From the IMG/VR virus record IMGVR_UViG_3300050343_000104, positions 1-52,731 of that record: a stretch of 52,731 bases of DNA, one strand, 5' to 3'. Shown here piece by piece: positions 47,201 through 52,731 of this stretch. The first letter of the stretch is position 1. The number at the start of each line of letters is the position of its first letter. Position numbers and translations under genes: made by a program. Below the pieces are notes generated by a model. That model was not told where the DNA came from, did not search any database, and saw nothing but the letters and a program-made list of their open reading frames with translations. The stretch comes from a virus (lineage: Duplodnaviria > Caudoviricetes).

Positions 47201-50200
47201 TACAGGATAGACTAGAAAAACCTGTGGGTAAAGCAGTAACATTTTTTACTAAGTTACTTTATGATAAAATACCCAAAGAAGCAGCTAATGTTATTGGAGG
47301 TAGAGATGTATACAAGAGTGCAGCGGAGGCTAGATTGATTAGCATTGTTATAAATGAGTTTAAAAAGAACACTGTAAACAGAGCAGGAGAGAAAACTATT
47401 AACGATGTTGAAGATATTATATTTAACCGTGGCGGTTTAAGGTTATTGACTTTAGCTACCGATTTAGGTGTGGCTGATAGCAAACAAGGTATTGCTGGGG
47501 CTATAGACGAGGGTAAAGTTGCAGACTACGGAGATTGGGATAAAGCATTCGATGATAGCCCTGTAAAAATGGATGTTGACGGTATGTTTAGAGTATCATC
47601 TTTATTAGGCGACTCAGGGCGTATGGCACAAGCTATGGAACAAGTTGCTGAGTTTTGGAAAGATAATATAGGTAATTCTCCTATAGAGAACTTTAAAAAG
47701 CTACCAAGTTTAGTTGATAACATCGTTGCAGATATGTTAAACATATCCGAGAACGTACTTACAGCTCGTTCAGGGAACTTAAACAAAGATGACTATACAA
47801 ATGCTTTAAAAGGAATTACAAAGCCGTATGCAGTCTTTAAAGTTGAAGGTAAAGAAGTACGAGTAGCTCCTGAATTTGCAGGAGAACTTGAAAATAGATT
47901 AAGAAACGAGGGTAAATCATTTGAAAGATTTGCTGATCAGAATATATTACAAACTTTATTTAAGTTTCTACCGAAATTATCTGCTGACGATTATCGTTAT
48001 GCTGACAGAACTAAAGGTAGATACTCAGGTAAAGCTACAGGCGTGCCTAAAAACTTAGTTAAGCTTACATACTCAGGACTTGAAAGAGGCACTACAGGTA
48101 TGGGCAACATGAAAGCTCGAGTAAGCAAAGTTGCTTACAAAGATGTACTAGCTGCTATGGGTGGATTCGTTAACCCCGATGGAGGGGTTAGTAAATTAGC
48201 TAACGTAAGCGGTAGAACACCAGAGGGTCAAACATTACTAGGAGTTATTAAATTAATGAATAGAATGATTACCAACGATATCAGTAGAAATTCTAATATG
48301 GGATTAGACCCTATGACTGTACAAGATATTGCTGCAGGTAAGAATGACTTAATGATGTCGTTGAAAAGCGCTCTGCAAAACCTATGCAAGTTAACTAGAT
48401 CCTGCAGCTTACAAGCTTTATTGAATAGATACTTTGCTGAAAACCCAAAAGCTACTTACATACAGCAAATAGATCATATATTCAATGCAGTACTAAAGAA
48501 CATGGTGGGTGATCACCTAGCTGGTATATTTAACTATGATGTTCGTGACTTACATTAAGAAAAACGACCCTGATAGTCTTGCGGACGTATGCTAAAGCTT
48601 ACGACTACCGATGGGGTAAGTTTTTTAAGTATGTACAAGAGGATACATTAGTTTTAGTAATCTGCTATAGAGGAAATATCTGTTAACAAACAAGCTTGAC
48701 GCACCTATGTTAGAAAACTTTTTTGTATTGTACGCTAGAGCTCTTAAGAATAAACAATATGAAGGAGCTAAAAACAATACTCTTTTATTTGATCTTGTAA
48801 GTAAAACAGTAGGTCCTGAAGTATTAATAGACTTAGGTTTTAGATTGCGTTAATAAAAAGATAAAATGAGCTTTATAGAAGTAAAAGGAGAAAATGGTAA
48901 CTATGAAACCATATCTTCGCCTTTGAACATCGACACTATAAAGAAATTAGCTAAAGGCGAAAAGCTTGATCCAGCTAAAATTAAGGAGATTGGCGATACA
49001 TGTTTGACGACGCTAATAGATATGTTGAAATTATGATTAGCTCATATAGATCGATTAGTAAATTCAAATCAAAAGTCAAGAGCTGATAGCTGATATTCAT
49101 ACTATGGCTCAGGGCCAATTAACTCCTATTAGAAAATTATCTAACTTAGGTACTGTTTATAAGTTTGAGGGCGAAGGTAAAAAAATTCTAGAACATTTTA
49201 GAGCATGTCGAATCCGTAGTTAATACAGAATAAACTAGTTAGATACGCTGAAGGTAAAATCAACGAAGCTCAACTTAGAGAATATTTAGGTAATCAAAAA
49301 GTAAATATTATACCTAAAGAAGCAGATCCTAAATTAGAGAGTAGGAACTGAAAAAGAAAAAGTACACGAAGCTAAAGTTAAGAAGATATTAGCAGACCTA
49401 GACCGCGAAACTTATGATGCAGAAGCTAGACGTACTGAATTAGAGAACAAAGCTAAAGCTGAAAACTCGAACCAAGCTTTAATAAAGCAATGGATCGTAC
49501 TCCTGATACCGAAAGGAAAGGTATTAGTGTGCTTGATTTTGACGATACATTAGCTAGAACAAATAGCAATGTATTATATACAATGCCTAACGGTACAACT
49601 GGAAAACTAACAGCTGAGCAGTTTGCTAAGGACGGAGACATGAATGTCCTCTAGAAGGCGCTGAGTGGGATTTTAGTGAGTTTATTCAGGTAAAGTCGTA
49701 GATGGCAAGAAAGGTCCTTTGTTTGAAAAAACAAAAGACCTTGTATCTAAGTTCGGTAATGAAAATGTTTTCATACTAACAGCTAGACCTGCTAATTCAA
49801 AATATGCTATACATGAATTTTTGAGCGGTCTTGGTCTTGATATTCCTTTACAGAATATTACAGGGCTTGCTGATTCAAATCCTCAGGCTAAAGGTGATTG
49901 GATAACAAGTAAAGCAGCTGAAGGCTATAATGATTTCTTTTTTGCTGATGACCATATTAAGAATGTAACATCTGTTAACAAAGCAATAAAGAAAGCTAAG
50001 GTTAAAGGTAAAACTGTTGTTGCTGATCCTAATATAATGTACTCCCTTAAAACAAAAGGGCAACCTCAGATGATAAAAGATTTAGTCGATGTATTCGATA
50101 TGGACGGGGAAGGCCAAACTTTGTTAGACAAAGCCGCTAGAACACTTGACTTGCAATGGAATATGTTGTATCAAGATTTAACAGGTGTTGATGCAGACAT

Positions 50201-52460
50201 TGAATTTAACGAGGTTGAAGCACAAAAGCTTGGAGACGAGGTTAGTAAAGGATTTAAAGCTAGGTTTAAATCTATTATGCGAGGTTACTTAGTTGAATCT
50301 GGAGCTGATGATTTCTTAGGTTTACTTTACAGAACATTGCCAAAAGGTAAGAAAGGTGAGGCTATGATGAAGTTGTATGAAGAAAACTTATTAAAGCCAT
50401 TTGCTATTGCCTCAAGAGAAATTGAAAAGGCTAGGATTAAAATGGCTAAGCGTTATAGAGATATAAAAGTTAATAACGGAATTAGTGATAAAGTTTTAAA
50501 TGGTAAGGTAACATTAAAAACAGAAAGTGGTAAAGACATAACTTATACTAGTGAAGACGCAGTAAGAGTTTATATGTGGAGAAAGCAAGGTATTAAAGTA
50601 CCTGGTTTATCTGAGCAAAATGAATTAGACTTAGCTGAACATGTAAAACAAAGTGATGAGTTATATCGTTTCACGCTTAACCTTATGGCTAAGACATTGC
50701 CGGAAGAGTTCGCTGATCCTAGTAAAAACTGGGTTACAGGAAGCTTGAAGACAGATTACCTTGAAGGTATTAATAAAGCTAAAAGGAAAGAAGCGCTTAG
50801 ATTCTGGAGTAAAGGAATTGAGACTATATTTTCTGAAAGCAATATGAATAAGCTAAGAGTACAACATGGTACTAAGTATGTTTCTGCACTACAGAATTCT
50901 ATAGAAAGAATGAAGACTGGTAGAAACAGCTCGCAAAGTTTAGATAGCGACACTAAAGTTATGTTACAATTTATATCCGGTGCGGTAGGAAACATTATGT
51001 TCCTTAACACTAGATCAGCTGGTTTACAATTACTTTCAGCAACTAACTTTATGGCTGCAGGCGATAACACTTGGGGTAAAAGTTTAAAGACTATATTTAC
51101 TAAGATGCCTACCCTTGCTAAAGATTATAAGATGTTGATGAACACTGATTTTCTTTTAGACAGACGTAATGCACTTAAGATGGACGTTAACGATTCTGAT
51201 ATTGCTCGTATTGCTGAAGGAAAAGGATTACAAGGTAAGCTAGCAAGATTCTTGCAGTGGGGATATGTCTTTACACAAGCAGCGGATTCAAGAGCTATTG
51301 CACTTGGTGGAGCAGTTTACTATAGAAATGCATACGATAAACTTATAAAGCAAGGGGTTGATCCTAAAGCAGCAAAAGAGCAAGCTCTATTAGATACAAC
51401 AGAACACGCACAGAGCTCACAACAATCAAGTAGAGCAGATAAGATAAGCAAGCAACAAGCGAGCACATCTGGGAGGCTTATGTTGGCTTTTGCTAATACT
51501 CCAATGCAATACAATCGTTTAGTTCAAAAGTCTTATTTAGATCTTGTAAATGGCCGTGGTAGCAAAGGTAAAAACTTTTACAACATAGCTTATTACGGAT
51601 TAGCTCAAAACTTATTGTTTACAGTAGCTCAAGGAGCAATGCTTACTGCGGTATACGGAACATTGTTCGGTGATGACGAAGAGGAAGATAAGTTAGACTA
51701 CAATAAAAAAGTAGGAATTGCTAATGGAGTGCTAAGTAGTTGGTTAAGAGGTATGGGTATATGGGGTAACGGTCTTAATGCTTTGAAACAAACCTTTATG
51801 AATATACATAAAGAAAGTAAAAAGAAAAGACCTGAGTATGATGTTGCTGCTATTAAAGGCCTAACTAGTATTATGCCTGCGGTAGGAAGTAAGATATCAA
51901 AAATATATGCAACTACAAAGGCTATTGATTACAATAAGGATTTCTTATTTGATGTTAATGAAGGTAATGTATTTAAAAACTACGCTAAGATGCCAGGAGT
52001 TATTGCTCTAGGGCAAACAGCTGCATTGTTTAATATACCTTTAGACAGAGCACAAAGAAAGATTGCTAACCTCATCGATGCCGTAAATTACGCTCAGAGT
52101 GATTTAACTAAAACAGGCGGTCTATTATTCGGTCATTCACTGTGGACACTGCAAAGCGATGAGGAAAAAGAGGCTGATTATGAGGAGCAAAAAGCACGTA
52201 GAAAAATAATTAAAGCAGAAAATAAAAAACCAGAAAAAAAGAAAGATTTAAACTTAGTCAAAATAACAAAGCCTGAGCTTAAAAAGCTTAAAAAGCAAGA
52301 ACAAATAGATATATTATATAATAAATTTAAACTAACTAAAACACAAATAAATAAACTTACTAAAGAAGAAGACAGAATTAATAAAATAATTTCATTAGAA
52401 TCTTTGGAAAAAAGTAAAAAAACAAAAGAATCATTTTTAATAGGACCTAAAAATAAATAA
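44212..52460 (+). CDS. giant (~2,700 aa) multi-domain ejection protein; frame broken by many indels at about 48.36-49.72 kb
   Basis: ORFs 44212..48558 and 49719..52460 bridged by protein-like fragments; HEFLH at 46060; VLDFDDTLART at about 49529-49561, VFILTAR and FFADDH HAD motifs. Confidence 0.7.
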
Positions 52461-52479
52461 ACTACTTTAAACTAAAACT

Positions 52480-52647
52480 ATGGATATAAGCGATTTGAAA
52501 ATGGGATTATTAAACGCTAGTGCTTTAGCTGTATCAATGTCTCAAATCGATAATGTATTAAAAATAACTCTATTAATTGTTTCAATTGGTTATACCCTAA
52601 GCAAATGGCACGGAGTTGTAAAAAACAAAAAAAACAAAAAAAAATAA
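52480..52647 (+). CDS. small membrane protein, holin-like
   Basis: MDISDLKMGLLNASALAVSMSQIDNVLKITLLIVSIGYTLSKWHGVVKNKKNKKK*. Confidence 0.6.
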   Translation: MDISDLKMGLLNASALAVSMSQIDNVLKITLLIVSIGYTLSKWHGVVKNKKNKKK

Positions 52648-52649
52648 CT

Positions 52650-52731
52650 ATGACTGATCTAAAACAAAAATCAAAATTTAAAAAGCTACTTATATGGTTA
52701 ATGAGCAAATGGAACTCATTACTTTATTTAT
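52650..52731 (+). CDS. start of a further ORF (truncated)
   Basis: TAACTATG start, MTDLKQKSKFKKLLIWLMSKWNSLLLF. Confidence 0.45.
   Translation, partial: MTDLKQKSKFKKLLIWLMSKWNSLLYL

Noticed and set aside
48360-49720. Hypervariable or diversity-generating region, or non-coding island
   Set aside because: Protein-like fragments, including the HAD motif, continue through shifting frames; no template/variable repeat pair or reverse transcriptase seen; looks like low-quality consensus
7502-52731. Stop-codon reassignment as in some crAss-like phages
   Set aside because: Long ORFs are open in the standard code, and TAG and TGA both end genes at sensible boundaries

Overview
About 53 kb of a lytic-looking dsDNA podovirus genome, most likely infecting a Bacteroidota (Flavobacteria-like) host, judged from A-rich Shine-Dalgarno-less starts such as AACTATG and the order terminase-portal-scaffold-MCP-tail rings-ejection proteins. 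Bases 1-7.2 kb are a leftward array of small early genes (Gp88-like, KTSC, DenV-like and many micro-ORFs). Bases 7.5-52.7 kb are a rightward late block: six fibre-like genes, GroEL/GroES, lysis genes, packaging, head, short tail and a roughly 2,700-aa ejection protein with zincin and HAD domains. The most striking signals are non-coding. (i) Nine copies of a 31-bp bipartite leftward promoter-like motif and four copies of a different 29-bp rightward motif; neither resembles the Bacteroidota housekeeping promoter. (ii) An asymmetric 10-mer, TGCTATACRC, present 12 times in the first 7.3 kb, inside and between genes, whose orientation flips across a back-to-back promoter pair at about 5.65-5.78 kb. 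(iii) An ORF-less, extensively self-complementary segment right behind the 'orphan' rightward promoter, plus further + strand hairpins carrying the 10-mer. (iv) A structured ~330-nt intergenic element ending in a tRNA-like module. Several genes (groEL, terL, the giant ejection protein, 5.0-5.4 kb) carry indels that look like long-read assembly errors. All motif counts and pairings were made by eye, and all family calls come from remembered motifs, not from searches.
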